Of a stretch of DNA of 64,000 bases, positions 31,559 through 41,746 are shown piece by piece. The translations under genes and the position numbers were made by a program. The notes beneath the pieces were generated by a model. The model ran no database searches and was not told the origin of the DNA. It saw only the letters and a program-made list of their open reading frames with translations. This stretch comes from a virus. Lineage: Duplodnaviria; Caudoviricetes. Each line of letters opens with the position of its first letter. The stretch's first letter is position 1. The stretch lies in the IMG/VR virus record IMGVR_UViG_3300024346_000006; one strand, given 5' to 3'.

Positions 31559-33502
31559 TTATGTTGTAGTATCAGATATTATATTTGTAATACTTGCCTG
31601 CGATGTATTATATGTTGTTCTAAGTGATCTAGTAACAACCACTCTTTGTGAAGAGATATCATAGTTTTCATTAAATTCATCTGTATCAGGCATCATTACA
31701 ATATCAAGTTCGTCATAATCAATAAAGATAATTTGATTACGAACAGGAAATATATCATTAGATTCTGGTTCTGCAACCAAACCTAAAACAGTTGAACCAA
31801 TGATACCTGTAATCTGAATATCATTTAAAACAACTTTACCAGTTCCATAGTTGATAGTTCCACCCAAAACATTATTATATTTTCTAGCAAATAAAGGAGT
31901 TAATGTGTATATTCTCAATCCACCCAATCCATCATCTTCAATATAATGAGGGGCACTTGATCCAGCAATAGTAAATGCGTTAGAATACAAACTTTTAGGG
32001 CGTATTGCATTGTTAAAATTATATGTGTATGATGCAATACCATTATATACTGGAGTCTTTTCATTAATCATCAAAATTTCTGTTATGTTGTTTGTAACAG
32101 AATCATCGGTTTTATCAATAGTTGCTAGAAACTGCGAATATCTAAAATAATTATTAAATTCGTTTAAAAACTTGTTATTGTAAGAAATAATATTTTGTCT
32201 TACAGATTCTTTTAAAGCAGACTCATCCAATAAAGTCGCTTCATCATTATACTTTACATTTGTAGTTATTTTCAATTTCAAATAATCGGGATCGACAATT
32301 TGAGGCGAAAGAGTGAGAACCGAATAATTACTTTTTAACTGATTTAAAATATATTGTTTTTCTTTGGTCGAAAGAATTAGTCCAGTATTGGGTTTAATAG
32401 ACATATATACAGAACCATATGCAGGAGGATCGTTGTCTTCCCCACCCCAAACATTCATTGTGTCTACCTCTGGATAAATTTGTGGAACAATAGCCTTATA
32501 GTCTCTAGCGGTAACTGCTCTGTTTTGACTTTCAAATGTCCTTGGCGCAAAGAATTTAATAGACTCAATATCTTCTCTGTCAGCACCACCATAACTTTCA
32601 CCAATAATCTGAACATTTTCAGTATCAACGATTACACCTTTAGGTAATGCAATCGCAGTAAGTCTTCCAGTAATACCATTTCCATTGGCACCCTTTGTTG
32701 TAATATAACGAACAGTAATTATATTTCCATTTTCAACTTCATCTCCAAGGACACCATCTCCAAAAAATATTTCATATTTCATATCTTTAGATTCTTGAAG
32801 AAAATATGTTTTCGAAATATCAGAAAGTTGTGTAGTATCCGTTGCTAATTGAAATTCAGTAACAATATCATCATCAGCACTTGCCTGTACTAGAACTCGA
32901 ATAGTATTGGTGTCTACAGCTTCGTTTGATAAAGTAAATTTTTGATTTGGATTATTAATATCAACAACAAACTTTTCTTCTACCTGTTGTCCTTGAAATA
33001 ATTCTAAATCGTTTATAGTATAGTAATGAGCTCTTGACCCATCTGGTTCAGCTGCCGAGCGTGATCTTGTAATTGATCTAGAAACTTTCGGAACAAAAAC
33101 AAAAGATTCGTTGTCAATAGAAGTAGAAAATGCAAGTTGTCTATCGATTCTTAATGTATTATATTGATAATCTCTTTCTTGTCTATTCTTTCTAATAATC
33201 TTGAATGTTACTGCAACTAATGCACTTGCAGACTTATTAGAACGTGGAGTATAACCCAATAACTTTGCCTTGGATACAACATTCTCACGAATTCTTGCAG
33301 TGTCTAAAAAACTTTCATTTGCAATCATGTTCATATAATACGAATTGTAATAAGTATTATATGATAGTATGTCGAGTATACTAGACAATGCAGAGCCTTC
33401 AAAGTTATAATCTTTGAAAACTTTATCATTCTCCATGTATTTTTTGATATTGTTTTTTATTCCATCAAAACTTAAGTCTGATATGTTTATATTTTTGGCC
33501 AT
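31559..33502 (-). CDS. gp6: Baseplate wedge subunit gp6
   Basis: LSFDGIKNNIK, FKDYNFEGSALS, ESFLDTA, QNRAVTARDY. Confidence 0.95.
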   Translation of the reverse strand: MAKNINISDLSFDGIKNNIKKYMENDKVFKDYNFEGSALSSILDILSYNTYYNSYYMNMIANESFLDTARIRENVVSKAKLLGYTPRSNKSASALVAVTFKIIRKNRQERDYQYNTLRIDRQLAFSTSIDNESFVFVPKVSRSITRSRSAAEPDGSRAHYYTINDLELFQGQQVEEKFVVDINNPNQKFTLSNEAVDTNTIRVLVQASADDDIVTEFQLATDTTQLSDISKTYFLQESKDMKYEIFFGDGVLGDEVENGNIITVRYITTKGANGNGITGRLTAIALPKGVIVDTENVQIIGESYGGADREDIESIKFFAPRTFESQNRAVTARDYKAIVPQIYPEVDTMNVWGGEDNDPPAYGSVYMSIKPNTGLILSTKEKQYILNQLKSNYSVLTLSPQIVDPDYLKLKITTNVKYNDEATLLDESALKESVRQNIISYNNKFLNEFNNYFRYSQFLATIDKTDDSVTNNITEILMINEKTPVYNGIASYTYNFNNAIRPKSLYSNAFTIAGSSAPHYIEDDGLGGLRIYTLTPLFARKYNNVLGGTINYGTGKVVLNDIQITGIIGSTVLGLVAEPESNDIFPVRNQIIFIDYDELDIVMMPDTDEFNENYDISSQRVVVTRSLRTTYNTSQASITNIISDTTT

Positions 33503-34012
33503 TTATCGTACTCTTTTTATACTAAATTGAAATGTTATATCTTCTTCGGATGCAGGGACATTGTATACTATACTAATTTCTAACGAATTATTGTCTACTA
33601 ACTGTGCCTGTCTAGTTCTTTCGTCTTCTCTCTTTATTCCTTTCAACGATGACATAACTCTTTCTCTAGAGAAAAAATTAACATCGGAAACTACTATCCT
33701 TGGTTCATGAATTTTTAATGCAAGTTTTATCTCTTCCTGCATATTTATGTCATGTGGAGAACCCCTATAATCCCAATTTGTCATTAAATCAAATAAAGTG
33801 TTATAAATATTTCCACCAAACCTTGGTTTAAAAGGTTTTTCTAGTTTATTAGTCAATAAAATATTTTTAATACTTTGATTTATTGAGCTGATATCTTTTT
33901 TGATTAAAACATCTCCACTGACTGGATTTCGTCTAAACGTTAGATCAAAATCAACATATTGATCTCTTTTAGATGGTAGTATCCCAAGTCTTTCTTCTGC
34001 AGTATTTGCCAT
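33503..34012 (-). CDS. gp25: Baseplate wedge subunit gp25
   Basis: YVDFDLTFRRNPVSGD, SIKNILLT..EKPF.P.FG, EPRIVV. Confidence 0.9.
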   Translation of the reverse strand: MANTAEERLGILPSKRDQYVDFDLTFRRNPVSGDVLIKKDISSINQSIKNILLTNKLEKPFKPRFGGNIYNTLFDLMTNWDYRGSPHDINMQEEIKLALKIHEPRIVVSDVNFFSRERVMSSLKGIKREDERTRQAQLVDNNSLEISIVYNVPASEEDITFQFSIKRVR

Positions 34013-34021
34013 GACTTCCTC

Positions 34022-36322
34022 TTATGGGTTTAAATGAATGTTTGGTGCTTTTAGTGTGGTATTCCCACCAGATTCGGTATCAATTGTTCCGCCGACTTTT
34101 GCATCGACATTACCACCCACTCTAATGTTTACGTCTGCATCTACAACAACATTAATCGTTCCCTTGACGTAAATATTATTATTACCAAAGATAATTTCAT
34201 AATTATCCTTAACAACCTTTGTAACCACAGAACCATCTGGATGTATTTCTTCAAATGTTCCAGATCTATGATATGTATGTATTCTTTCTGCCCCCGGCGT
34301 GTCATCAAATTCTTGATGATGGCCAGACTCAGTAGATATTACCTTATTGTGTGGATACTCTGCAGCGTATGGAGTTGGTGGCTCATCAAATAGTTCCGTA
34401 CTTTCAGTACTTTCTTTTTTCATCTCTACAATAGAACGTGGATTATATGTAGCTTGTCCATATGAACTGTTGCCAGAGTTTGCATTAAATGTTGATGGAG
34501 ACTGATCCACATCTGCCACACTACCTTCTTCCACTGGATCATCAATCTCTGGTAATGGATCTTCGTATACTTCCCAAAGAATATCGCCGTCCTTTAAATT
34601 TGATGAAGTTGGTCCACTACCTTCCGCATCAGAAGTTCCAGAATTTTTCGCAATAAATGTTTTTTGTTGAACAAATGTACTGTCGCCAGAACCCGCCAGA
34701 AGACGTTTGGCGTTTCTTTCATGTCCTTCCATCTGATTGTTTACTTTGTCTCTTACAGTCCCTGCTGCACCGCCAGCTGCGGTATCTGAACGACTATAAT
34801 ACTTTTCTCCGATACCACCAGCATTAATTGCAGAATAAACTTCTAGTCTACCCATTCCAGGCCTGACGCCTTTATCTCGTAAATACTTGACTACCGCACC
34901 CCTTGGGCCAAGTTGAGTGTCTATTGCTGTTTGTGGAGTACTAAAGTCTACACCATATTGATTTGCCTGCGGTTCTCCAAATTGAATAAGTCCTCTATGT
35001 TGACCCCATTTAGTGGTAGGCCCTCTTTTCTGAGGATCGAGTGTACCACCAGTTTCATATGACATCACTGTTGCAAGATCAATCGCACTAATTCCAAGTG
35101 CCTCGGCAGCTGCCAAAGTTCCAGAACGCATTGTGTATGGAGGGCCACCAGACTCTTCTCCCTCTTCCAATGGTGGCGATTTTACCAAATCACCTTCGTT
35201 ATATGATCTTCCAGTAGACCATTGTGTTGCACTTGCAGATGGTGCCTGACTTTGTTGTTGTGCTGCAGTGTTTGCAGACCTACTAGAAGTCGCTCCAGAT
35301 TCACTAGTTGTTACAGTATCACACTCTTGTCCCTCTCCAGGCTTATCAGTACCACCACCAGAAGAACTTTCAGTTTGACTTCCAGATGATGGGTCAGGAA
35401 CAATACCATTTCGTTTTAAGGGAGTAGAACCCCTTTCTCCAGACGCAGCACTAAAGTGCATTGCATCCTTAACATTATTCCAGTCGCCACCCCAACCTAA
35501 ACCATATTTTTTAGCAATAGATGATACACCGTCCGGCATATCCGTTATCAATGTATTCCCATTAGGATTTGTTGATGGGTTGATATCAATTGCAGCACCA
35601 CTTGCATGATAACTAAATCTACTTGGATTATTTACATTTTTTCGATATGCGTATCCACCAATACTTTTGATAACATATCCTGTGGCCTCAAGTTCATTCA
35701 CAAACCTTTGAAATTGATCTTTAAATACTGTAGCAACCCAAGCACTTTTCCCAGATTTTGTAGTAATCTTACTAAGTCTTTTTCTATTTTCTTTATCACT
35801 CGGCACACCATCTTGGTCAACTTCTTTTCCACATTCGGTTGCATTTTCGGAAGAAGATGTATTTTCATCTCCACCATTTGCATTTGATGTACTATCCTTT
35901 ACGCCTCTTGCAAGTCTATTAACATCAGATTCATTTTTGGTAGAACCGCCGAATACTGACCCACTTTCTGAAGGATATGTTTGATCTGCGTTTGTTTCAG
36001 AACCCTCTGTTGGGCGTCCATAAATTGTTCCAAAAATTATAGGATCTTGACCATGCTCTCCATCTCTAAAAAATCCCATAACCCATGCGCCAGGCATTGC
36101 ACCTGTTGGCGATTGTCCGATACCACCAGTAGATGAACTCGTAATAGGCATGAGTGGAGTTGCCCATGGAAGTTTTTTTGTGGGAAGAAGTGCCTTGTCT
36201 GGAGTGTGCCACCCAATAATTCTAACCTTTACTCGGCCAAGAGCTTCTGGATCTTTTACGTCTTCGATGACACCTTGCCACCAAACCATTCCTTCTCTAC
36301 CCGAAAACATATTCATATCCAT
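34022..36322 (-). CDS. gp5: Baseplate central spike gp5 with M15 peptidase and lysozyme/SLT-like domains
   Basis: OB-fold WWQGVIEDVKDPEALGRVKVRIIGWH; C-terminal YPHNKVISTESGHHQEFDDTPGAERIHTYHRSGT; internal SYHASGAAIDIN..WGGDW..DAMHF and MSYETGG..GLIQF. Confidence 0.92.
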   Translation of the reverse strand: MDMNMFSGREGMVWWQGVIEDVKDPEALGRVKVRIIGWHTPDKALLPTKKLPWATPLMPITSSSTGGIGQSPTGAMPGAWVMGFFRDGEHGQDPIIFGTIYGRPTEGSETNADQTYPSESGSVFGGSTKNESDVNRLARGVKDSTSNANGGDENTSSSENATECGKEVDQDGVPSDKENRKRLSKITTKSGKSAWVATVFKDQFQRFVNELEATGYVIKSIGGYAYRKNVNNPSRFSYHASGAAIDINPSTNPNGNTLITDMPDGVSSIAKKYGLGWGGDWNNVKDAMHFSAASGERGSTPLKRNGIVPDPSSGSQTESSSGGGTDKPGEGQECDTVTTSESGATSSRSANTAAQQQSQAPSASATQWSTGRSYNEGDLVKSPPLEEGEESGGPPYTMRSGTLAAAEALGISAIDLATVMSYETGGTLDPQKRGPTTKWGQHRGLIQFGEPQANQYGVDFSTPQTAIDTQLGPRGAVVKYLRDKGVRPGMGRLEVYSAINAGGIGEKYYSRSDTAAGGAAGTVRDKVNNQMEGHERNAKRLLAGSGDSTFVQQKTFIAKNSGTSDAEGSGPTSSNLKDGDILWEVYEDPLPEIDDPVEEGSVADVDQSPSTFNANSGNSSYGQATYNPRSIVEMKKESTESTELFDEPPTPYAAEYPHNKVISTESGHHQEFDDTPGAERIHTYHRSGTFEEIHPDGSVVTKVVKDNYEIIFGNNNIYVKGTINVVVDADVNIRVGGNVDAKVGGTIDTESGGNTTLKAPNIHLNP

Positions 36323-37602
36323 TATTGTATACTCCCACCAGATGGAGGCGTTGGCTGTTCCGCTGGTAACGGCAGTCCGATACTATCTCTAACCAACTCA
36401 ATGTCAGTTTGATACCTTCCACCCTCAATTCTATGTCTGATCGCAAACACTAAATATTTTCCACTATAATATTTGTTTGTTCCTGTGTTATCTCTTTGAT
36501 ATATTGGCATTTCAAGTTCTAAGACATCTCCAGCACAAACATCGGTATCTCCAAAAACAGTAATAGTTACTTTTATGTTTTTCATTAACTGATAATAGAA
36601 TACTTTTGGAAGAAAAAGTTTTTCCTGATTGAATGTGGGGTTTCCGCCCTGCAAGTCTCTCTCTGGAACAACATATAAATTTTTTGGTTTATATTGTATT
36701 CCTTGTCCAGTAGTATCTTGGAAAGTATTATTATCCAAGTACTTGTAGTCTCCATAATTTTCCCAATATGAATGTGTATAATTCTTAACCTGTCGGGTCA
36801 GTAAATCTACAGCATAAACTTCTGAATTATAAAACCCCTTTGTTATATTCCCAAGAACATCAAAGTTTGAATCAAAGTTAAAGCTAATTACTTTCTTGTT
36901 TTCAACATTTGTAGAGATATCTCCAATTTCTTCTGCGCCAGCACTTTTATATGCACCAACAATAAATTTATTTTTTGGTTCTGCCTGCGTTAACATTTCT
37001 AAGGGTTTCATAACATATTCTTTCGTTGTTTCAAAAAACATATAAGAAGAACTTTTATATGTTTCACTAAATGCCTTATTACACAAAAACGAAATGCTTT
37101 TCATTGGAGTATAGTTTGGAATTACTAATCCATTATCTCCACTATATTGATCGTTACTTGATTCTGTAGAAAGACTTTTCGAACTCCCAAGTCTTGAAAA
37201 AATAGTTTGTGCAATATCTGTAGAACTTCCTTCAAAATATTCTGATATCTTTTCTTCGAAATTTTTTGCAAAATCTTTTGAAATTAACTCTAAATTATAA
37301 GTCTGAGTTCCATCTTCGTCTGTCAACTCAGAGATTTTGTGAACACGGAAATCCAACTTAATGTTTTTCCATTCTGGAACTTCAAAATCCAAAGAAACAT
37401 CTTCTTGTCCCACAATCGGCAAAAAAGTTAGCATATCTTCAACATCACGAAAACCAACTGATGCAGTAATACTAGACGATAATATATCTTCGAAAATACG
37501 AATTGATGTAAAATATCTTTTAAGGTCTAATTCAAATCCGTTATGTGAACGGATAGTAAATTTACGAATATTATAATCGCCTAACTTAAATGTATCTGAC
37601 AT
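36322..37602 (-). CDS. Baseplate hub protein (gp27-like)
   Basis: SIRIFEDILSSSITASV, YMFFET, KYYSGKYLVFAIRH; lies between gp53 and gp5. Confidence 0.7.
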   Translation of the reverse strand: MSDTFKLGDYNIRKFTIRSHNGFELDLKRYFTSIRIFEDILSSSITASVGFRDVEDMLTFLPIVGQEDVSLDFEVPEWKNIKLDFRVHKISELTDEDGTQTYNLELISKDFAKNFEEKISEYFEGSSTDIAQTIFSRLGSSKSLSTESSNDQYSGDNGLVIPNYTPMKSISFLCNKAFSETYKSSSYMFFETTKEYVMKPLEMLTQAEPKNKFIVGAYKSAGAEEIGDISTNVENKKVISFNFDSNFDVLGNITKGFYNSEVYAVDLLTRQVKNYTHSYWENYGDYKYLDNNTFQDTTGQGIQYKPKNLYVVPERDLQGGNPTFNQEKLFLPKVFYYQLMKNIKVTITVFGDTDVCAGDVLELEMPIYQRDNTGTNKYYSGKYLVFAIRHRIEGGRYQTDIELVRDSIGLPLPAEQPTPPSGGSIQ

Positions 37603-38270
37603 TAAATAACCTCTTCAAATCTCAAAATAAATTCATTTAATAAATTTGCTCTCAACAATTTAATTACTCTATTTTTTTCGTTCTTATCATGTTCATAATC
37701 ATATGCACTATAGATTGTATATTTTTTCTTATCCTGTGGAGTAAGGAGATTATATGTGTCTGAAGAGATTTTATGTCCCAATACATCATGATTATAATGA
37801 ATAGGAATATTTCTTGCAATAGATAGTCCATTTAAATTGCTTGCAGAATAATCATTCAGTACAACTTCCCATCTGTCGTTTCTTCTGACAAAAACTTTTT
37901 GTTCTAATGTGTCATAAATATAATCACCATTTTTAAATATTCTTGGATAAAAATTTGACCCTTCATATGCAGGGGCCCCATAAACAGTTTCAATATGAGT
38001 TTGTAGTGTTCTACTTGTCATTGGCCAATCATCATAAACATTTGCGATATCGTTCATCCACAAAATAACCCAACCATATGTATAACTTCCATAGTATAAA
38101 TGGGCAATTGTTTCTGGCGTGTCTTCATCTCTGACGGTATACTCATAATGTGAAAGAGGATTTTCTCTGTATTCTTCTATAATGTATGCATTTTGAAAAA
38201 TATTAGTTACCTTTTTTGGTTTTCCATCCAACATCAAATCATATTTCTTTTTTTCTAGATAATTAAACAT
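37602..38270 (-). CDS. gp53: Baseplate wedge protein gp53
   Basis: YTVRDEDTPETIAHLYYGS..WVILWMNDI, YEHDKNEKNRVIKLL. Confidence 0.9.
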   Translation of the reverse strand: MFNYLEKKKYDLMLDGKPKKVTNIFQNAYIIEEYRENPLSHYEYTVRDEDTPETIAHLYYGSYTYGWVILWMNDIANVYDDWPMTSRTLQTHIETVYGAPAYEGSNFYPRIFKNGDYIYDTLEQKVFVRRNDRWEVVLNDYSASNLNGLSIARNIPIHYNHDVLGHKISSDTYNLLTPQDKKKYTIYSAYDYEHDKNEKNRVIKLLRANLLNEFILRFEEVI

Positions 38271-39115
38271 TAGTAGCCCTCCGATGCATCTGAAGAAGTA
38301 ACCAACTGCACCTCTTGGAAAGTCAGAGCTAATTCAATAACTGCAGGAGCATCTGTTCCACTGAAAGTTGCAAACGCACCGTTACCCCCATACTTAACAG
38401 TACAGTCAGTCAATACACACGGTTTGATTTTGTGAAGAAATTCTGCAGGCCTACCACCCAAATAATATTCAACGGTAAATGTATTAGGAACTTGGAAAAA
38501 ATTAAATCCTGCCATTTCTGGAAGCATGTTCTTTCTTAAAAATTTTATCATATTATTAATTTCAGTAGATTCTTTTGCTGTCCTTGGAAGAATACTATAT
38601 TGATAATTGAATGATCTAAAATCAATTCCTCTGAATAACATATGTTTATTCGCACCAGAAACTCTACCACCAACAACTTGAGATTGCAAATTGCCATCAC
38701 CACCAAATGCAACGCCTCCCCCAAATTGAGCCGCTGATAATGAAAGTTCTCCCCCAAGGTTTAATACTTTACTTAAGAATCCATTATCTTCGCCTGCGAC
38801 TGCACCAGTGTTACCTAGCATACCCATTGCACCACTGTCTGCACCTTCAAATTGGGATTTTGTTGAATTTTCAATATTTTCTGGAAGATGAAGAGTAACA
38901 CTCCCTATTTTCTCAAGATCAACTGCAGTTCCTCTTGTCTGCATGGTTGTGTAGCCAGGCTGCTCGCCTTTATATGCAGTAAATCTAACAAAATCTTTCA
39001 TCTCCACAACTTCTTCATGTTCATGCAATGACATTGGATAGATATAAGTTTCTCCACCTGATGCAACTTGTTGTCTCTGTTGTGTCAAAGTGGATGGTGA
39101 GTCTGATGAGGCCAT
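38270..39115 (-). CDS. gp48: Baseplate tail-tube cap gp48
   Basis: LFRGIDFRSFNYQY, KIKPCVLTDCTVKY, IELALTFQEV. Confidence 0.85.
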   Translation of the reverse strand: MASSDSPSTLTQQRQQVASGGETYIYPMSLHEHEEVVEMKDFVRFTAYKGEQPGYTTMQTRGTAVDLEKIGSVTLHLPENIENSTKSQFEGADSGAMGMLGNTGAVAGEDNGFLSKVLNLGGELSLSAAQFGGGVAFGGDGNLQSQVVGGRVSGANKHMLFRGIDFRSFNYQYSILPRTAKESTEINNMIKFLRKNMLPEMAGFNFFQVPNTFTVEYYLGGRPAEFLHKIKPCVLTDCTVKYGGNGAFATFSGTDAPAVIELALTFQEVQLVTSSDASEGY

Positions 39116-39144
39116 TAAATACTTGCTCCTAAATATGTTGATAC

Positions 39145-39152
39145 TATTTATA
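39145..39152 (-). promoter_or_regulatory. T4-type late promoter TATAAATA for the baseplate operon
   Basis: Exact consensus about 30 nt upstream of gp48. Confidence 0.75.
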
Positions 39153-39166
39153 AAGGTTTTTATGAA

Positions 39167-39610
39167 GTGAGAAAAAGATTTACTTATAGAGGAAAATACA
39201 AACCAGCAAATCCAGAAAAATATGCAGGAAATGTGAATAACATTGTATATCGTTCCTCATGGGAAAGACGGTTTATGGTGTATTGCGACAACAACGAAGC
39301 AATCACTTTCTGGTCGAGCGAAGAATTAGTAATACCTTACATTTCACCAGTAGACAGAAGACAACACAAGTATTATCCAGATTTTGTAATAAAAATCCAA
39401 GAAGAAAATAAAACCCGAACTATTGTCATCGAAGTAAAACCAAAAAAAGAAACCAAACCACCAAGAAAACGATCCAAGATTACACCAAGATATTTGAGTG
39501 AAATGAAGACTTGGAGTATCAATGAAGCCAAGTGGAAATACGCAAAAGAATTCTGCGAAGATAGAAAGTGGGAATTTAAAATTTTAACAGAAGATCAACT
39601 CGCTCAATAA
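39167..39610 (+). CDS. gp4: Head completion protein gp4 (TnsA-like nuclease fold)
   Basis: YKPANPEKYAG..IVYRSSWE, YYPDF, IEVKP, NEAKW; GTG start. Confidence 0.9.
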   Translation: MRKRFTYRGKYKPANPEKYAGNVNNIVYRSSWERRFMVYCDNNEAITFWSSEELVIPYISPVDRRQHKYYPDFVIKIQEENKTRTIVIEVKPKKETKPPRKRSKITPRYLSEMKTWSINEAKWKYAKEFCEDRKWEFKILTEDQLAQ

Positions 39611-39615
39611 AACGA

Positions 39616-39623
39616 TATAAATA
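39616..39623 (+). promoter_or_regulatory. T4-type late promoter TATAAATA
   Basis: Exact consensus upstream of gp2. Confidence 0.75.
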
Positions 39624-39643
39624 GTAAAAAACGGCATAAATGA

Positions 39644-40219
39644 ATGACAGACTTTACACCACTATTAAATAGACTTGCTGCCAGAAATATTAGACCAAAT
39701 ACCGATAAAGCAAGGGAATGGTTTAGAAAAAAGGCAAGAGAAACAAGAATAACAAGAGCATCTTTAATGGGAGATGGGGGGAGATCTGCGGCAACCCCCA
39801 ATGTTGGAAGTATGTATTGTTACCAATATGACCCTAAGTATGCAAAAAAATTACCATACTATGATGAATTTCCACTTATCTTTATGGTGGAAAGAATTTC
39901 TGGGGGATTTGTTGGAATCAACTTGCACTATGTTTCGCCAAGAAATAGAATTGTTGTGATGAATGCTTTATCTAAAATTGCATCAGATAAAAGATATGAT
40001 TCGAATACAAGACTCAAACTATCTTATAATGTTCTAAAAGGTCTGTCTAAATATAATGTCATAAAACCTTGTCTCAAAAAATACTTGTTTACTCATGTTA
40101 GATCAAAGTTTGTAAAAATTGAGGCAAATGAATGGGACATCGCATTGTTTTTACCAGTACAAAAATTCAAAAAGGCCGCTGCTTCGAAAGTTTGGTCAGA
40201 TTCTGCTAGGAGATCATAA
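39644..40219 (+). CDS. gp2: DNA end protector protein gp2
   Basis: YDPKYAKKLPYYDEFPL, GINLHY, CLKKYLFTHVRS. Confidence 0.92.
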   Translation: MTDFTPLLNRLAARNIRPNTDKAREWFRKKARETRITRASLMGDGGRSAATPNVGSMYCYQYDPKYAKKLPYYDEFPLIFMVERISGGFVGINLHYVSPRNRIVVMNALSKIASDKRYDSNTRLKLSYNVLKGLSKYNVIKPCLKKYLFTHVRSKFVKIEANEWDIALFLPVQKFKKAAASKVWSDSARRS

Positions 40220-40810
40220 ATGGCATCAATAGAAGATTTTATTGCAAACATTTCAAAATCTGGCCTTACTCAGGCAAATCGTTATGAACTTAGAATTAAA
40301 CCACCGCCGAAGTCGTTTCTAACAAATCCAGACAATTTATTAAAATTTCGTGTTCCATCAATTTCTTTGCCAGGGAAAACCATTTCAACAACGGAAACAA
40401 AAATTTATGGCCCTATAAGAATGGCACCATACACAACTACATACGATCAATTGACATTTAGTATATATTTGAGCGATAACTTAAAAGAAAGAGATTGGTT
40501 TGAAGATTGGTTTCACCAAGTTATAGATTTTACTACACATAAAATTTCATATTATAACGACTATGTGGCACCACAGGCAGAACTCATTACATATAATAAA
40601 AACGATGAGAAAACACACTCTGTAACATTTGAGAATCTATATCCATTATCTATAGGCCCAGTTGAATATGCATATGCAAACGAAGAACCGGCGCAATGTC
40701 AGATTACGATGTTCTACAGAAAATATCGCTCTGAATATAGTAAAGAGGAGGCGAATAAACGTGTACAGCTTACTGTAACCGGCCCAGAGATTACTGCAAC
40801 CGGCCCATAA
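40220..40810 (+). CDS. Tail tube-like baseplate protein (gp54/gp19-like)
   Basis: GLTQANRYEL, SISLPGKTIST, ERDWFEDW, LYPLSIG.V. Confidence 0.75.
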   Translation: MASIEDFIANISKSGLTQANRYELRIKPPPKSFLTNPDNLLKFRVPSISLPGKTISTTETKIYGPIRMAPYTTTYDQLTFSIYLSDNLKERDWFEDWFHQVIDFTTHKISYYNDYVAPQAELITYNKNDEKTHSVTFENLYPLSIGPVEYAYANEEPAQCQITMFYRKYRSEYSKEEANKRVQLTVTGPEITATGP

Positions 40811-40840
40811 TAATTAAATTATACTTGAAGAGGATAAAAT

Positions 40841-41563
40841 ATGTTACCTACAATTAATGCACCAACATATGATTTGACTATACCATCAACAAATGAAAGT
40901 GTAAAGTTTCGTCCATTTTTAGTCAAAGAAGAAAAGATTCTTCTAATGGCACAAGAGGGAGAAGAACTACAAGAAAAAATTGATGCGATAAAACAAATTA
41001 TTGGAAACTGTTTAGTATCAGATGTAGATGTTGATAAACTTTCTACATTTGATATTGAACACATTTTCATCAAACTTAGAAGTAAGTCTATTGGAAACGT
41101 AATTGGTTTGAGTTACAATCGGGAAGATTGTAAAGAAGAAGGAGTAGGGCAGGGGGGCTGTCAAATTCCTTTCACATTAGACTTAGAAAAGGCGGAGATT
41201 GAAAATCAAGAAGGACACACCAATGAATTGAATCTAACATCAGATATTAAAATCATTATGAAATATCCAGATTTTAATATCTTAAATTCTGTATTAACTG
41301 CAGATAGTGTAGATGATGTAATTGATGTTGTAACTACTTGTATTGACATGATCGTTGATGGAAATGACGTATATAATGCATCTGATTATTCAGAAAGTGA
41401 ATTAAAAACTTTTGTTGAGAATTTGACACAACAACAGTTTGAATCTATTAATAACTTTTTCAACACAATGCCGGAAACTGCATGTGATGTGAATATTACT
41501 TGTAGAAAATGTGGATGGAAAAAATCGATGAAAGTAAAAGGAATTACTGATTTTTTTTCCTAA
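40841..41563 (+). CDS. gp26: Baseplate hub assembly chaperone gp26
   Basis: MLPTINAPTYDL, FRPFLVKEEKILLMA, LRSKSIG, C-terminal GITDFF. Confidence 0.92.
   Translation: MLPTINAPTYDLTIPSTNESVKFRPFLVKEEKILLMAQEGEELQEKIDAIKQIIGNCLVSDVDVDKLSTFDIEHIFIKLRSKSIGNVIGLSYNREDCKEEGVGQGGCQIPFTLDLEKAEIENQEGHTNELNLTSDIKIIMKYPDFNILNSVLTADSVDDVIDVVTTCIDMIVDGNDVYNASDYSESELKTFVENLTQQQFESINNFFNTMPETACDVNITCRKCGWKKSMKVKGITDFFS
41551..41558 (+). promoter_or_regulatory. Candidate -1 frameshift slippery site (T8)
   Basis: T TTT TTT at the end of gp26; the -1 frame is open from 41551 into gp51. Confidence 0.6.
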
Positions 41564-41589
41564 GTTTAAATCATGAGTCCCTTGCATCG

Positions 41590-41745
41590 ATGTATCGAAA
41601 TAATTTTGCATTGATGCAGCACCATAAATATAGTTTAAGTGAATTAGAAGATATGATACCGTGGGAAAGAGAGATATATTTAAATCTTTTGATAAACTAT
41701 ATTAAAGAAGAAGAAAAGCGTAGAAAAGACGCAATGAGGAGTTAA
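41590..41745 (+). CDS. gp51: gp51-like hub assembly catalyst (51 aa from ATG; frame open from 41551; not in ORF track)
   Basis: Hand translation: MYRNNFALMQHHKYSLSELEDMIPWEREIYL. Confidence 0.85.
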   Translation: MYRNNFALMQHHKYSLSELEDMIPWEREIYLNLLINYIKEEEKRRKDAMRS

Positions 41746-41746
41746 T

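Noticed and set aside
39167-39610. TnsA-like protein as a transposon
   Set aside because: Sequence and position next to gp2 fit head completion gp4; no terminal repeats or TnsB
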